Positions 19,622-30,259 of a stretch of 62,561 nt of DNA are shown piece by piece. The translations under genes and the position numbers were made by a program. The first letter of the stretch is position 1; each line of letters begins with the position of its first letter. The DNA comes from an uncultured Gemmatimonadales bacterium (GTDB lineage: Bacteria > Gemmatimonadota > Gemmatimonadetes > Gemmatimonadales > GWC2-71-9): the NCBI GenBank assembly GCA_963798915.1, contig CAWCVB010000004.1, forward strand, positions 1 to 62,561, written 5' to 3'. The notes beneath the pieces were generated by a model, which was given only the letters and a program-made list of their open reading frames with translations, searched no databases and was not told the origin of the DNA.

Positions 19622-20383
19622 TCAGCTGCCTTTCCTGATGTGAATGCTGCCATTGACGGTTTCGATGGCGAGACTGCGTCCGCCGCTGCCGATCGTGCCG
19701 CGTACTGAACGGGGCCCGAACTTGCCCTGGACGGTCAGCGGAAATTCACTCTCGATGTCCCCGTTCACGGTGCTGGCCCGGACGTCGGTGCTGGCACTGG
19801 CTGGCAGCGTGACAGAGACGCCGCCATTGACGCTGTGATAGTGAGCCGAGCCATTCCAGTTGGCCTGTCCCATCACCACGTTGACTTCGCCATTCACGCT
19901 GCTGGCTTCAGCGAAGCCATCGGTCTGGACGTCAACATCCCCGTTCACCGTCTGGATCTCGACATCGGCCTTCAGGCCCTTCGCTCGCACGTTGCCGTTT
20001 ACCGTGTGCGCTGCGAACAGGATCGAGGCGGGGAGTCGCACGGTAAAGTCGACCGACACGTCGTTGTCGTCATCGGAGTGGCCGGATGAGCGCCGATCTT
20101 CACATCCGTCGCCCCGCTGGTTGGGATAGATCGTGCAGATCACCACGCCATCCGACGTTTGCTCGACCTTGACCTGGACATGTTCCGGATTGCCTCGTCG
20201 AGCATGCTTGACCCCGGTCACTTCAATCTGATTTCCCCGCGCGGCTGTGGCGTCGACATTGCCGTTGATATTCCTGATGCTCAGCGTCTTGCCAGCTGCG
20301 AGCGTACCGGTCCAGTGAAAATCGGGAGCTTGCTGGCCGCCCTGGAGGGCGGCCACCACGGCGAGCACAGTGAATCCGAGCAT
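19622..20383 (-). CDS. DUF4097 beta-strand repeat protein
   Basis: Signal peptide and repeated (T/S)VNG motifs. Confidence 0.85.
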   Translation of the reverse strand: MLGFTVLAVVAALQGGQQAPDFHWTGTLAAGKTLSIRNINGNVDATAARGNQIEVTGVKHARRGNPEHVQVKVEQTSDGVVICTIYPNQRGDGCEDRRSSGHSDDDNDVSVDFTVRLPASILFAAHTVNGNVRAKGLKADVEIQTVNGDVDVQTDGFAEASSVNGEVNVVMGQANWNGSAHYHSVNGGVSVTLPASASTDVRASTVNGDIESEFPLTVQGKFGPRSVRGTIGSGGRSLAIETVNGSIHIRKGS

Positions 20384-20404
20384 GAGTCTGGTCTCCTGAG
20401 TGGG

Positions 20405-21274
20405 TTAACGGTCCCGGGCCTGCTGCGGCCGGGTCAGTTCGATCGAACCCTGGAACGATTCGAGTTCAAGGCGGGCACTGCCGTCGCCCAGCACGAAGCT
20501 GAAGCTGCCATGCTGCCGCTTGCCGGAACGAACTTCCGCGGGAATCGCCGAAGAAAAATCCCCATTGAAGGTGTTCACGTTGACCGTGGCATTGGCGCCG
20601 GCCTGCACGCCCACGACGATGTCTCCGTTGTGGGTAGTGAACTGGTATTGCCCGCCGTTGCGGATCGGTCCACCAAAGCGGATATCTCCATTCATGGACT
20701 CGGCGGAGACGGCGTCCGAGGTGATGTCCTCAAGGCGCACCGATCCGTTGACCGTGGATGCGTTGATGGAGCCCCTGGACCGTCGCACCGTGACGTCGTC
20801 ATTGATGCTCGCGGCGCTGATGTTGCCGCTGGCCTGGCTCAGCTCGACACTGCCATCGACCGAGGAGAGGCTCACATTGCCTGAGCCGCCGCTGACGAGC
20901 ACATCCCCATTGACCGTCTCTGCGGAGAGTGGCGCCGTGACGCCTTCGATGGTGATGTCGCCCTCCACCGAGTGGAGGTTCAAGGGCATCCACGTGGGCA
21001 CCGTGAGGGTGAAGGAGCCCTCCGGCGGCCGGCCGAACCGGCTTCGCACCGAGACGCTGATGCCGTCGCCCGAACGCGAGACCTCGATCCGCCCGTCTTC
21101 GTCCGCGTCCTCGAGGTCTGCCTGCACCCGGACGCTGTTCCGATTCCAGGCGCGAACCGTGATGTCGCCTTCATGCACGCTGAGACGGAGTCGGTCCTGC
21201 CGGCTGGCCGCGAACGTGGTATCCTGGCCTTGGGCTGCGACAGCCGCGAGCAGTAGAAACGATGCGAGAAACAC
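20405..21274 (-). CDS. DUF4097 beta-strand repeat protein
   Basis: GTG start with RBS GAGGA; repeated SVEG/TVNG/SVDG/SMNG motifs. Confidence 0.85.
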   Translation of the reverse strand: MFLASFLLLAAVAAQGQDTTFAASRQDRLRLSVHEGDITVRAWNRNSVRVQADLEDADEDGRIEVSRSGDGISVSVRSRFGRPPEGSFTLTVPTWMPLNLHSVEGDITIEGVTAPLSAETVNGDVLVSGGSGNVSLSSVDGSVELSQASGNISAASINDDVTVRRSRGSINASTVNGSVRLEDITSDAVSAESMNGDIRFGGPIRNGGQYQFTTHNGDIVVGVQAGANATVNVNTFNGDFSSAIPAEVRSGKRQHGSFSFVLGDGSARLELESFQGSIELTRPQQARDR

Positions 21275-21290
21275 GGTGGAGGTCCTCGGT

Positions 21291-21962
21291 TCAGGTTTCC
21301 GCACGGGCAAGCGTCGCCGCCTGGCGGAGCAGGTCCACCTTGCGACGCATGGTGCGCGCGAGGTACGCATTGAGATAGGCATTGTTGGGATCGGAGGCGA
21401 CGGCGCGCTGCGCATCGGCCACGGCGGAGTCGACGGTGGCAAGATTGCGCTCCAGCACCCGGACCGTCGCGGTGTCGAGGTGTCCGCGGCCGGCGTCCAG
21501 CACCTTGCGCAGGTCCGACACGGCGGCGTCATAGGTCTGTTCGGCCCGGCTGGCGGCCGTACGCACGGTGGCCGGCGGCGTGGCGCCGTTGACGCTCATG
21601 CTGGGCCCGGCGGGCGAGGGGCCGTGCCGCATGGCCAGCCACACCGAACCGCCGCTCAGCGTCGCGATCAGTGCCGCCGCCGCCGCCAGGCGGGGCAAGG
21701 TTGAGAGCCACGGCCGGGCCGGGCGAAGCGACAGCACCGGGGTGCCGGGCTCGATCGCGGCGCGGATTCCCGGCCAGAGGTCTCGGAGCTTATCCTCCGG
21801 CGGCAGCGAGGCGGCCGCCCGCACCACGCTCGCCAATCCGGCCAGGACACGTTGGCAGCTCGCGCAGGTGGCGAGGTGCGCTTCGCATGCAGCTCGTTCG
21901 GCCGGGGCGAGTTCGCCATCGAGGTATTCCGACAGCCGGTCGGTCCAGTGTTCGGCATTCAT
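21291..21962 (-). CDS. zf-HC2 (ZAS) anti-sigma factor
   Basis: LSEYLDGEL...HLATCASC, one TM helix, helical C-terminus. Confidence 0.9.
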   Translation of the reverse strand: MNAEHWTDRLSEYLDGELAPAERAACEAHLATCASCQRVLAGLASVVRAAASLPPEDKLRDLWPGIRAAIEPGTPVLSLRPARPWLSTLPRLAAAAALIATLSGGSVWLAMRHGPSPAGPSMSVNGATPPATVRTAASRAEQTYDAAVSDLRKVLDAGRGHLDTATVRVLERNLATVDSAVADAQRAVASDPNNAYLNAYLARTMRRKVDLLRQAATLARAET

Positions 21963-21964
21963 GA

Positions 21965-22543
21965 CTATCGCTCCAGGTGGCGCCGGAGTGCCATCCGCGC
22001 CCGGTGCAGCTGTGATTTTGACGTGCCCGTGACCGTGCCCATCATTTCCGCGATTTCCTCATGGCGATACCCTTCCACGTCGTGCAGCACGAACACCTGC
22101 CGGGCGCCATCGGGCAGCTCGCCGAGCGCCGCTTCGAAGTCCACCCGGTCGAGCGCACCGCCGGTGTGCGGGTGTGCCACCGTGGCCAGCGGCGCGTCAT
22201 CAGCGTGATACCGCTCGCGAGCCAGGCCAAGCTGGCTGCGGCGAGCCAGGCAGACGTTGACGGCAATCTTGTGGAGCCAGGTACTGAAGGCCGATTCGCC
22301 GCGAAAGCTCGACAGCTTCTGCCATGCGCGGATGAAGGCATCCTGGGTCGCGTCGTCCGCTTCGTCTGGCGACAGCATCCGGCGCGCAAGGGCATGAATC
22401 CGGCCCGCGTGCTTCCGATAGAGGCGCTCGAAGGCGTGGGTATCCCCCGAGGCAGCCAGGGCCACCTCCACAGCATCGCCGTCTGAGCGTTGCCGGGCAT
22501 GGTTCGGTTTCAGCGCGCGCGCCCCACGAGTCGGAGTGATCAT
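21965..22543 (-). CDS. ECF sigma-70 factor
   Basis: [43 protein letters not shown]; exact start uncertain. Confidence 0.93.
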   Translation of the reverse strand: MITPTRGARALKPNHARQRSDGDAVEVALAASGDTHAFERLYRKHAGRIHALARRMLSPDEADDATQDAFIRAWQKLSSFRGESAFSTWLHKIAVNVCLARRSQLGLARERYHADDAPLATVAHPHTGGALDRVDFEAALGELPDGARQVFVLHDVEGYRHEEIAEMMGTVTGTSKSQLHRARMALRRHLER

Positions 22544-22678
22544 GCAGGAGATTGGACTGGGAAATGTGTCCGAAGGTTGTCAGGACGGCCAGCCAGCCAG
22601 GGGCCGGTGCTGGCCAGCAGCCTCATTTCGGGTCATAATACGGTGTCAGATGTGCACTTGGACGGAGAATCGAGGCCC

Positions 22679-24346
22679 ATGACTTCCACCGCGAGCCGTG
22701 TCATCCACGCGCCGACCGGTACCCAGCGCTCCTGCAAGGGCTGGCACCAGGAGGCCGCGATGCGCATGCTCATGAACAATCTGGATCCGGCCGTGGCGGA
22801 GCGCCCAGACGAGTTGATCGTGTACGGGGGCGGCGGCAAGGCGGCTCGGAACTGGGACTGCTTTGAAAAGATCGTTTCCACCCTGCGCCGGCTGGAGAAC
22901 GACGAAACTTTGCTGGTGCAGAGCGGAAAGCCCGTCGGCGTCTTTCGCACCCACGAGGAGGCGCCCAGGGTGCTGATCGCCAACGCCAACCTGGTGCCGC
23001 GATGGGCCACCTGGGAGGAGTTTCGCCGGCTCGACGCCCTGGGCCTCACCATGTACGGACAGATGACCGCCGGCTCCTGGATCTATATCGGGACGCAGGG
23101 CATTCTCCAGGGCACGTACGAAACCTTTGCAGAATGCGCCCGCCAGCGCTTTGGCGGCTCGCTCGCGGGCCGGCTCGTGGTCACGGCGGGGCTGGGCGGC
23201 ATGGGCGGGGCACAGCCTCTCGCTGCCACCATGAATGGTGGGGTGCTGCTGGGTGTTGATGTGGACGAGCGACGGATCCAGCGGCGGGTGGACAGCGGAT
23301 ACTGTGATCGCCTCGAGCGCGACCTCGATGCTGCGCTGCGGCTGGTGGAACAGGCCCGGGAGGAGCAGCGGCCGCTCTCGGTTGGCCTGGTGGGGAACAT
23401 CGCCGAAGTCCTGCCCGAGCTGGTCCGGCGGGGCGTTGCGCCGGACGTCGTCACCGACCAGACCTCGGCCCACGACCTCCGGCTGGGATACATTCCGGCC
23501 GCAATGACGCTGGAGGATGCGGGCGAGCTTCGGGAGCGCTCACCCGAGGCCTACGAGGCGCGAGTCCTCGACTCGATGCAGGCACACGTCAGCGCCATGC
23601 TGGAGCTGCAGCGGCGCGGGGCGGTCGTCTTCGATTACGGCAACAACCTGCGGGGACAGGTGGCGGATCTTCGGGGCATGACCGAGGCCTTTGAGATCCC
23701 AGGATTCGTGCCCGAATTCATTCGCCCGCTCTTCTGCCGTGGGGCGGGGCCGTTCCGCTGGGCAGCGCTCTCGGGCGATCCAGCCGACATTGCGGCCACG
23801 GACGACGCCGTGCTGACGACCTTCCCGGAAAAGGCGGCGCTGGCGCGCTGGATCCGTCAGGCGCGCGAAAAGGTCCGGTTCCAGGGGCTCCCCGCCCGGA
23901 TCTGCTGGCTCGAATATGGCGAGCGCGCCGAGCTGGGCGAACGGTTCAACTGGCTGGTGCAGTCCGGCCGGGTGTCGGCACCGCTGGTCATCGGTCGCGA
24001 CCATCTGGATACTGGCTCGGTGGCGTCCCCGAATCGGGAAACCGAAGGGATGCTCGACGGGTCGGACGCCATCGCCGACTGGCCGCTGCTCAATGCGATG
24101 CTGAATACAGCGTGTGGGGCGAGCTGGGTGTCGCTTCACCATGGCGGCGGCGTCGGCATCGGCTATTCGCTGCACGCGGGGATGGTGTGTGTGGCCGACG
24201 GCACCGAGTCTGCCGCTCGGCGCCTCCAACGCGTGCTCAGCGCCGACCCAGGCACCGGCGTGATGCGCCACGCCGATGCCGGCTACGAGCTGGCGATCGA
24301 AACGGCCAGAGAGCGCGGTGTGGACCTTCCCATGATCACGGGCTGA
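22679..24346 (+). CDS. hutU: Urocanate hydratase
   Basis: [55 protein letters not shown]. Confidence 0.98.
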   Translation: MTSTASRVIHAPTGTQRSCKGWHQEAAMRMLMNNLDPAVAERPDELIVYGGGGKAARNWDCFEKIVSTLRRLENDETLLVQSGKPVGVFRTHEEAPRVLIANANLVPRWATWEEFRRLDALGLTMYGQMTAGSWIYIGTQGILQGTYETFAECARQRFGGSLAGRLVVTAGLGGMGGAQPLAATMNGGVLLGVDVDERRIQRRVDSGYCDRLERDLDAALRLVEQAREEQRPLSVGLVGNIAEVLPELVRRGVAPDVVTDQTSAHDLRLGYIPAAMTLEDAGELRERSPEAYEARVLDSMQAHVSAMLELQRRGAVVFDYGNNLRGQVADLRGMTEAFEIPGFVPEFIRPLFCRGAGPFRWAALSGDPADIAATDDAVLTTFPEKAALARWIRQAREKVRFQGLPARICWLEYGERAELGERFNWLVQSGRVSAPLVIGRDHLDTGSVASPNRETEGMLDGSDAIADWPLLNAMLNTACGASWVSLHHGGGVGIGYSLHAGMVCVADGTESAARRLQRVLSADPGTGVMRHADAGYELAIETARERGVDLPMITG

Positions 24347-24347
24347 C

Positions 24348-25571
24348 ATGCAGATCCTCCGGAATATCGGCACGCTCGCCATCTGTGCCGCCAAGGGCGG
24401 CCAGTCGGACGTTCAGCTGGTCCACAACGCGTCACTGATCTGGAATGGCGACCGGATCGTGTGGGCGGGGCCGGTGGAAGAGATGCCGGCAAATCTCGGC
24501 ACCGCGATGATGTTCGATGCGCGCGGTGGTCTGGTGATTCCCGGGCTGGTGGACGCCCATACCCACCTGGCATTTGCCGGCTGGCGCGCTGGCGAATTCG
24601 CCCAGCGCTGCCTCGGGACCTCGTACCAGGAGATCGCCGCCGGCGGTGGCGGCATCGCGGCGACCGTGCGGGCAACGCGCGCGGCCGATGATACGATGCT
24701 GCTCAACCGGGCCCGTGGCTTCCTCGACGAAATGGTGCGCCTGGGGGTCTGCACCGTGGAGTGCAAGAGCGGCTACGGGCTGACATTGCACGAGGAATTG
24801 CGGCTGCTGCGGATCTATCGAGCGCTGGCCGAGACCGGTCCGTGTCATGTCGTGCCGACCCTGCTCGGCGCCCATACGCTGCCGGCCGAATCAGTGGCCA
24901 ACCGCGCCGGATATCTCGGCATGCTGGTCAACGAACTGATTCCGGCCGTGGCGGCCGAAAAGCTCGCCCGGTTCTGCGACGCCTTCGTGGATCGGACCGC
25001 ATTCACGGTGGATGAGGCACGCAGGGTGCTCATGGCAGGCGCCGCCGCGGGACTTCGCCCCAAGCTGCATGCCGACCAGCTCGCCGATGACGGGGCAGCC
25101 GGGCTCGCCGGCCAGCTCGGAGCGGTATCGGCCGACCACCTCGAGCACGTCTCGGATGACGGCATTGCGGCGCTCCGCGCGGGCGGCGTCGTCGCGGTCA
25201 GCCTGCCGCTTGCGTCACTCTACCTCCGGCAGCCGCCGATGCCGGCCCGCCGCCTGATCGCGGCCGGGGTGCCGGTGGCTGTGGCCACCGATTTCAATCC
25301 GGGCTCGGCGCCCAGCTTCCATCTGCCCTTTGCCATGACGCTCGCCTGCACCATGCAGATGATGACACCGGCGGAAGCGCTCAAGGGCGCCACGATCTAC
25401 GCGGCACGAGCGGTAGGAATGGAGGCGGAGGTCGGGTCGCTGGAAGCCGGCAAGCTTGCCGATTTCGTGCTGGTTGATGCGGACGACGTGAATCAATGGT
25501 TGTACCACCTGCGGGCCAATGCCTGCCGGTGGACGGTGATCGGCGGGAGGACGGCCTGGAAGGCGAAATGA
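24348..25571 (+). CDS. hutI: Imidazolonepropionase
   Basis: PGLVDAHTH, ECKSGYGL, KLHADQ, SADHLE, ATDFNPGS. Confidence 0.96.
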   Translation: MQILRNIGTLAICAAKGGQSDVQLVHNASLIWNGDRIVWAGPVEEMPANLGTAMMFDARGGLVIPGLVDAHTHLAFAGWRAGEFAQRCLGTSYQEIAAGGGGIAATVRATRAADDTMLLNRARGFLDEMVRLGVCTVECKSGYGLTLHEELRLLRIYRALAETGPCHVVPTLLGAHTLPAESVANRAGYLGMLVNELIPAVAAEKLARFCDAFVDRTAFTVDEARRVLMAGAAAGLRPKLHADQLADDGAAGLAGQLGAVSADHLEHVSDDGIAALRAGGVVAVSLPLASLYLRQPPMPARRLIAAGVPVAVATDFNPGSAPSFHLPFAMTLACTMQMMTPAEALKGATIYAARAVGMEAEVGSLEAGKLADFVLVDADDVNQWLYHLRANACRWTVIGGRTAWKAK

Positions 25572-25821
25572 CAGGACGGGCAAGGCAGGACGGGCAGGAC
25601 GGGCAAGGCGGCCAGGTTCTCGTCGGATCGTCACTCCGTGCGATAGCGGGAATCGATGAGGGGCTCGCCCGGTCTGAATCACCATGCCCGACGCCCTCAT
25701 GGACCCCCCGTCATTCCCGCGAAAGCGGGAAGTTCGCGGGGGTGACGATTGTGCGAGCTTCGGCCCGCCCATCCCGCCCATCCCGCCCATCCCGCCCATC
25801 CCGCCCATCCTTCCCGTCCTG
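25572..25821. repeat. Inverted 9-bp tandem arrays enclosing a REP/dRS3-like palindrome
   Basis: CAGGACGGG x3 (25572-25603); CCCGCCCAT x5 (25764-25808) then CCCGTCCTG; inner GTCATTCCCGCGAAAGCGGGAA at 25710-25731. Confidence 0.75.
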
Positions 25822-25830
25822 CAGAGCCGT

Positions 25831-27519
25831 CTAGCCGCCGATCTTCCCGTCCACGATCGCCAGGATCTCCGCTTCTCGCCGGTCTGCTTCCGTCACCAAT
25901 CCAGCGCCCTCGTCCAGCATCGGCTGGATGAGCGAGCGATCCTTGAGTGTGCCCGCATTGATTCGCACGTTGAGCCAGGCACCGCGGACGGCGGTGCGGG
26001 CGCAGCAGGCCGCCACGCCGGCGTCGGAGACGGAGGCCGGCAGGCCCGTCTCCGCCATCGCGCGGGCGATATCGAAGACCTCCATGGCACGCTGCATGAC
26101 GCTGAAGGGGACGCTGGCCGCCGCGAGCGTGGCCGCATCCAGGGTCGCGCGGCGCGCGTCCTGTTCAGCCCGCGTGTCTTTCGGCAGCTGCATGGCGGCG
26201 AGGACGGCATCGAACGCGCGGGTGTCTGCATCCACCAGGCGGAGCAGTTCGGCCGTGATCGCCTGACCCCGTTCTGCCCACACCGAGAACTCCTCCCAGC
26301 GTTCATCCCAGCCGCGCTTGTGCGATGAGAGGTTGGCCACCATCGTCGCGAGCGATGCCGCCATGGCGCCGACGGCAGCGGCCACCGAACCGCCACCAGG
26401 GGCGGGGGATTCGGACGCTGTCTCGTTGATAAAGCCCTCGACCGTCATGCGCACCAGCCGCTGGTCGGCAGGATCGCGCAGCTTGTACTCAATAATCCGC
26501 TCTTCCGGCACAAAGCGCGTAAACTCATCCAGACCCAGCGTACGGACCGCGATGTGAATGAGATCCGCCTCGCTGACGCCGAGGGAGCGTTTCTGCTTCC
26601 GGAGGTAATGGCGGCCCGCATCGAGCATCGCGGCGAGCGGAACCAGGCCCACCAGCTCGGAGCCGGTCACTCGCATGCCTCGGTCGCGGGCTGCTCGTTC
26701 CACCTGATCAAAGGCCGCGTGGATGGGCGTGACGGCGAGGTCGGTCAGGTTCATGGAGACCTGCGCCACGCCATATTCGTCAATGAACCATCCGATTGCC
26801 TTGACGGCCGTGAGTGCGCCCGGGTCGATGAGCGGAGCGCCCGAAGGATCGGTCAGCACCTTGCCGGTGAGCGAGCCACCCTCCCGCCTGGGTCGGCCGG
26901 CCTCGCGCACGTCAAAGGCCACCGCGTTGGCGCGCCGGGTCGAGGTGGTATTGAGGTTCACGTTGTAGGCCACGAGAAAATCACGCGCACCGATGACGGT
27001 GGCGCCTGCGGTCGGGTTGAAGCGGGCCGGACCATAATCGGGCTTCCAGTCCGGATCCGCGAGCTTGGCCGCCAACCCTTCATACTCGCCTTCGCGAATG
27101 TCAGGGAGGCGCCGACGTGACGGTTCGGGCTGCGCTGCCTCGTAGAGGTATACCGGAACACCGAGTTCGCCTCCAACCCGCTCGCCAAGTTTCCGGGCCA
27201 GTGCCGCCGCCTCCTCCATCGTGACGCCGTTGATCGGTACGAAGGGGCAGACATCGGTGGCTCCCATCCGGGGGTGCTCCCCCTGGTGCCGCCGCATGTC
27301 GAGAAGTTCGGCGGCGGCCGCGATGCCGCGGAACGCAGCTTCCAGCACGGCGTCAGGTTCGCCGGCCAGGGTGACGACGGTCCGGTTGGTGGTCTTGCCT
27401 GGATCGACGTGAAGCACGGATGCTCCCGGCACTGAATCCAGGCGCTGGACAATCCGGTCGATGATCTCGCGGTTGCGGCCCTCGCTGAAGTTGGGGACGC
27501 ACTCGATGAGTCGATTCAT
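25831..27519 (-). CDS. ftcD: Glutamate formimidoyltransferase-cyclodeaminase (bifunctional)
   Basis: IECVPNFSEGR, NRTVVT, GEHPRMGATDVCPF; C-terminal SPAPGGGS cyclodeaminase domain. Confidence 0.96.
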   Translation of the reverse strand: MNRLIECVPNFSEGRNREIIDRIVQRLDSVPGASVLHVDPGKTTNRTVVTLAGEPDAVLEAAFRGIAAAAELLDMRRHQGEHPRMGATDVCPFVPINGVTMEEAAALARKLGERVGGELGVPVYLYEAAQPEPSRRRLPDIREGEYEGLAAKLADPDWKPDYGPARFNPTAGATVIGARDFLVAYNVNLNTTSTRRANAVAFDVREAGRPRREGGSLTGKVLTDPSGAPLIDPGALTAVKAIGWFIDEYGVAQVSMNLTDLAVTPIHAAFDQVERAARDRGMRVTGSELVGLVPLAAMLDAGRHYLRKQKRSLGVSEADLIHIAVRTLGLDEFTRFVPEERIIEYKLRDPADQRLVRMTVEGFINETASESPAPGGGSVAAAVGAMAASLATMVANLSSHKRGWDERWEEFSVWAERGQAITAELLRLVDADTRAFDAVLAAMQLPKDTRAEQDARRATLDAATLAAASVPFSVMQRAMEVFDIARAMAETGLPASVSDAGVAACCARTAVRGAWLNVRINAGTLKDRSLIQPMLDEGAGLVTEADRREAEILAIVDGKIGG

Positions 27520-28586
27520 AGGGCTGGCCATTGTTGGGTGACGCAGTGAAAGGCACCGAGTCCCCAGACCAGGTCGGTGCAGTCGATGCCGATCACCTTC
27601 CGGTTCGGGAACAGGTTCTCCAGTGTCTCGCGGGCCTGCTGGTCGCGCTCGCGATCATACGTCGGCAGCAGCACGCACGTGTTGGCGATATAGAAGTTGG
27701 CATAGCTTGCAGGGAGGCGCTGGCCATCGTGCTCCAGGCGCCGCGGCATGGGCAAGCTGACGACGCGCAGCGGTTCGCCGTCCTGGTCGCGCATCTCACG
27801 CAGCCGGGCGAGGTTCTCCTGCAGCGGCTGATAATTGGCGTCGGCAGGGTCATCTTCCACCACCGTGACCACGGTGTGCGCGTCCGTGAAGCGTGTCAGG
27901 TCGTCCACGTGTCCGTCGGTGTCGTCGCCCTCGATGCCATTGCCCAGCCAGAGAATCCTGGTGACGCCGAGATAGTCGCGCAGGTACCGCTCGATATCGT
28001 CGCGCGTCAGCGCTGGATTCCGGTTCGGGTTGAGCAGGCATGATTCGGTGGTGAGCAGCGTGCCACGCCCGTTGACGTCCAGCGAACCCCCCTCCATGAC
28101 AATGCCGGGATGGAACACCGGAATACGGTACTCCTCACCGATTCGCATGGGCACCACATCATCAAGGTCGAACGGGGGATACTTGCCACCCCAGGCGTTG
28201 AATCCCCAGTCAATGATGGCCTGCTCCCTCCCACGGTCCGTCTCGCGCTGGATGAACACCGGTCCGTGATCCCGGCACCAGGCATCGTTGGTTGGATTAT
28301 GATGGAAATAGACGTCGTTCAGTGGGATGGTGCGGGACAACAGCTGGCGTCGGACATCGTCTTCCATGGCCAGTCCCGCCACGTTGATGTGCACCTCTTC
28401 ACTGCGGGCAAGGTGGCGCACGATTTCGCAGAAGATCTCCGGCACCGGCGCAAACTTGCCGGGCCAGGAGGCCTCCTTGTGCGGCCAGCTCAGCCAGGTG
28501 CCACGATGGGGCTCCCACTCGGCGGGCATGCGGAAGCCGAGCTGGGCGGGCAACAGGCCGTGAGGATCGATGCTCACGCCGCCCAT
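27516..28586 (-). CDS. aguA: Agmatine deiminase / peptidyl-arginine deiminase family
   Basis: RMPAEWEPH, DAWCRDHGP, MEGG, DDTDGHVD, ASYANF, GAFHCVTQQ. Confidence 0.93.
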   Translation of the reverse strand: MGGVSIDPHGLLPAQLGFRMPAEWEPHRGTWLSWPHKEASWPGKFAPVPEIFCEIVRHLARSEEVHINVAGLAMEDDVRRQLLSRTIPLNDVYFHHNPTNDAWCRDHGPVFIQRETDRGREQAIIDWGFNAWGGKYPPFDLDDVVPMRIGEEYRIPVFHPGIVMEGGSLDVNGRGTLLTTESCLLNPNRNPALTRDDIERYLRDYLGVTRILWLGNGIEGDDTDGHVDDLTRFTDAHTVVTVVEDDPADANYQPLQENLARLREMRDQDGEPLRVVSLPMPRRLEHDGQRLPASYANFYIANTCVLLPTYDRERDQQARETLENLFPNRKVIGIDCTDLVWGLGAFHCVTQQWPAL

Positions 28587-28599
28587 GCGCGCCGCCGGA

Positions 28600-29490
28600 T
28601 CACTCGTGGAGATAGCGTTGCGCGAGGTCGGCGTAGGCGTCGATGCGCCGATCGCGCAGGAAGGGCCAGTGGGTCCGGCTCTCATGGACCTTGGCGAGGT
28701 CCACGTCGGCCGTGAGCACCTCTTCGCCGGTGCCCCCGCGCACCAGGACGCGACCGCCCGGGTCGGCCACGAAGCTCCCACCCCAGAAATCGATTCCGTC
28801 CGGCGGCGGCGCCCCTTCGTGCCCGACCCGATTCACGGCACAGACGTAGACGCCATTGGCGATGGCGTGGCTGCGCTGAATCGTCTCCCAGGCGTTCTGT
28901 TGCTGCTCGCCGTGTTCCTCGCGTTCGGGCGGCAACCACCCGATGGCGGTGGGGTAGAAGAGAATCTGCGCGCCATGCATGGCAGTGAGCCGGGCGGCCT
29001 CAGGGTACCATTGATCCCAGCAGATCAGCACGCCGATCCGGCCGAACCTTGTGTCCCATGCGCGGAAGCCGAGATCGCCCGGGGTAAAGTAGAACTTCTC
29101 GTAATACTGGGGATCGTCGGGAATGTGCATCTTGCGATACTTGCCCAGGAACGATCCATCCGCGTCGAGCACTGCGGCGGTGTTGTGGTAGAGTCCCGCC
29201 GTGCGCTTTTCGAAGAGCGAGGCCACGACGACGACACCATGCTTTTCCGCCACCTGGCCAAGCCGTTCGCTGCTGGGGCCCGGCACCGATTCAGCCAGTG
29301 CAAAGTGGGCGTGGTCCTCGGTCTGGCAGAAATACTGGCTGCGGAAGAGCTCCTGCAGGCAGATGATCTGCGCACCGAGCTCGGCGGCCTGCTCGATGCC
29401 CGCAATCGCCTGCGCCAGGTTCTCATCGGGATCGCGGGTGCAGGCCATCTGCACCAGGCCGAGGCGGACCGCGGCAGGGGAGGTAGGCAT
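28600..29490 (-). CDS. aguB: N-carbamoylputrescine amidase (CN hydrolase)
   Basis: LQELF, YRKMHIPDDP, ICWDQWYPE (E-K-C triad); adjacent to aguA. Confidence 0.9.
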   Translation of the reverse strand: MPTSPAAVRLGLVQMACTRDPDENLAQAIAGIEQAAELGAQIICLQELFRSQYFCQTEDHAHFALAESVPGPSSERLGQVAEKHGVVVVASLFEKRTAGLYHNTAAVLDADGSFLGKYRKMHIPDDPQYYEKFYFTPGDLGFRAWDTRFGRIGVLICWDQWYPEAARLTAMHGAQILFYPTAIGWLPPEREEHGEQQQNAWETIQRSHAIANGVYVCAVNRVGHEGAPPPDGIDFWGGSFVADPGGRVLVRGGTGEEVLTADVDLAKVHESRTHWPFLRDRRIDAYADLAQRYLHE

Positions 29491-29504
29491 GCGGGGAACT
29501 TAGC

Positions 29505-29534
29505 GGGTCGCGAGTCACGAGTCACGGGTCACGG
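29505..29534. repeat. 7-bp tandem repeat at the island boundary
   Basis: GGGTCGC GAGTCAC GAGTCAC GGGTCAC. Confidence 0.6.
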
Positions 29535-29728
29535 AGGTCGCCACGCGCTGTCATTGCGAGACGCCCGCAGGGCGTCGAAGCAACCGACCGCAATCGTCGG
29601 CGGAACTTTGTCTGAGGTTGGCGCACCGCTGAGCTGTTCCGCACTTACGTGGAGCCCGCTGGACCTTCCCTTTCTCTGAACAGATGCAACGGAGGAATTG
29701 GTCGCTATACTGAAGGGAATATCGAAAT

Positions 29729-30259
29729 CTATGGACGCGGGGATGTGGCCACGGGCTCATTGGGCAAGTGCATCCACAGGCGTTGCTGGCGCATCTGCGA
29801 CATCCCCTCTGCGCTAGCGACAATCCTGCCATTATCAACTAAGTATTCGCTCGGCACCGGCGTTTGAAGATCGGACGCTCGACCACTGACAGGTATGCGC
29901 TCGATCTTGAGTTGCCGCATATCCGCATCAGATACATGACCCACGAGTATGAGTGTCAGTTGAACTCGGCCTTCGTGCTGGAGCTTTTCCCAGTCAGGAA
30001 GGGGTGTCCCGCAGAAGAGGCAGACGTCTGCGCTATAGACTAGGACTGCGCTGGGCGGACCAGAAGCTGGAATAAGTGCTGCGATCTCGCGCCCATCATC
30101 AAGCTCCTGACGGAGAATGTTGGGTGGGCTGTCTCGACACGAGCCCAAGCATACCACAAGGCCGAGAGCCATTCCTGATCCGAGCGTGCGCTGCAGCCAA
30201 TGCATGTGCCATGTTCGACCGTGTAAGGCAATTGACGGAGAGCCTGAGCTGCATCTCAT
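29729..30259 (-). CDS. Putative thioredoxin-fold lipoprotein (CxxC)
   Basis: ATGA overlap with upstream stop; lipobox LGSC; VLVYSADVCLFC; TPVPSEYLVDNGRIV. Confidence 0.6.
   Translation of the reverse strand: MRCSSGSPSIALHGRTWHMHWLQRTLGSGMALGLVVCLGSCRDSPPNILRQELDDGREIAALIPASGPPSAVLVYSADVCLFCGTPLPDWEKLQHEGRVQLTLILVGHVSDADMRQLKIERIPVSGRASDLQTPVPSEYLVDNGRIVASAEGMSQMRQQRLWMHLPNEPVATSPRP

Noticed and set aside
25215..25808. ORF starting MGGMGGMGG (GroEL-tail-like)
   Set aside because: Translation of the 9-bp tandem repeat; it runs antisense to hutI.
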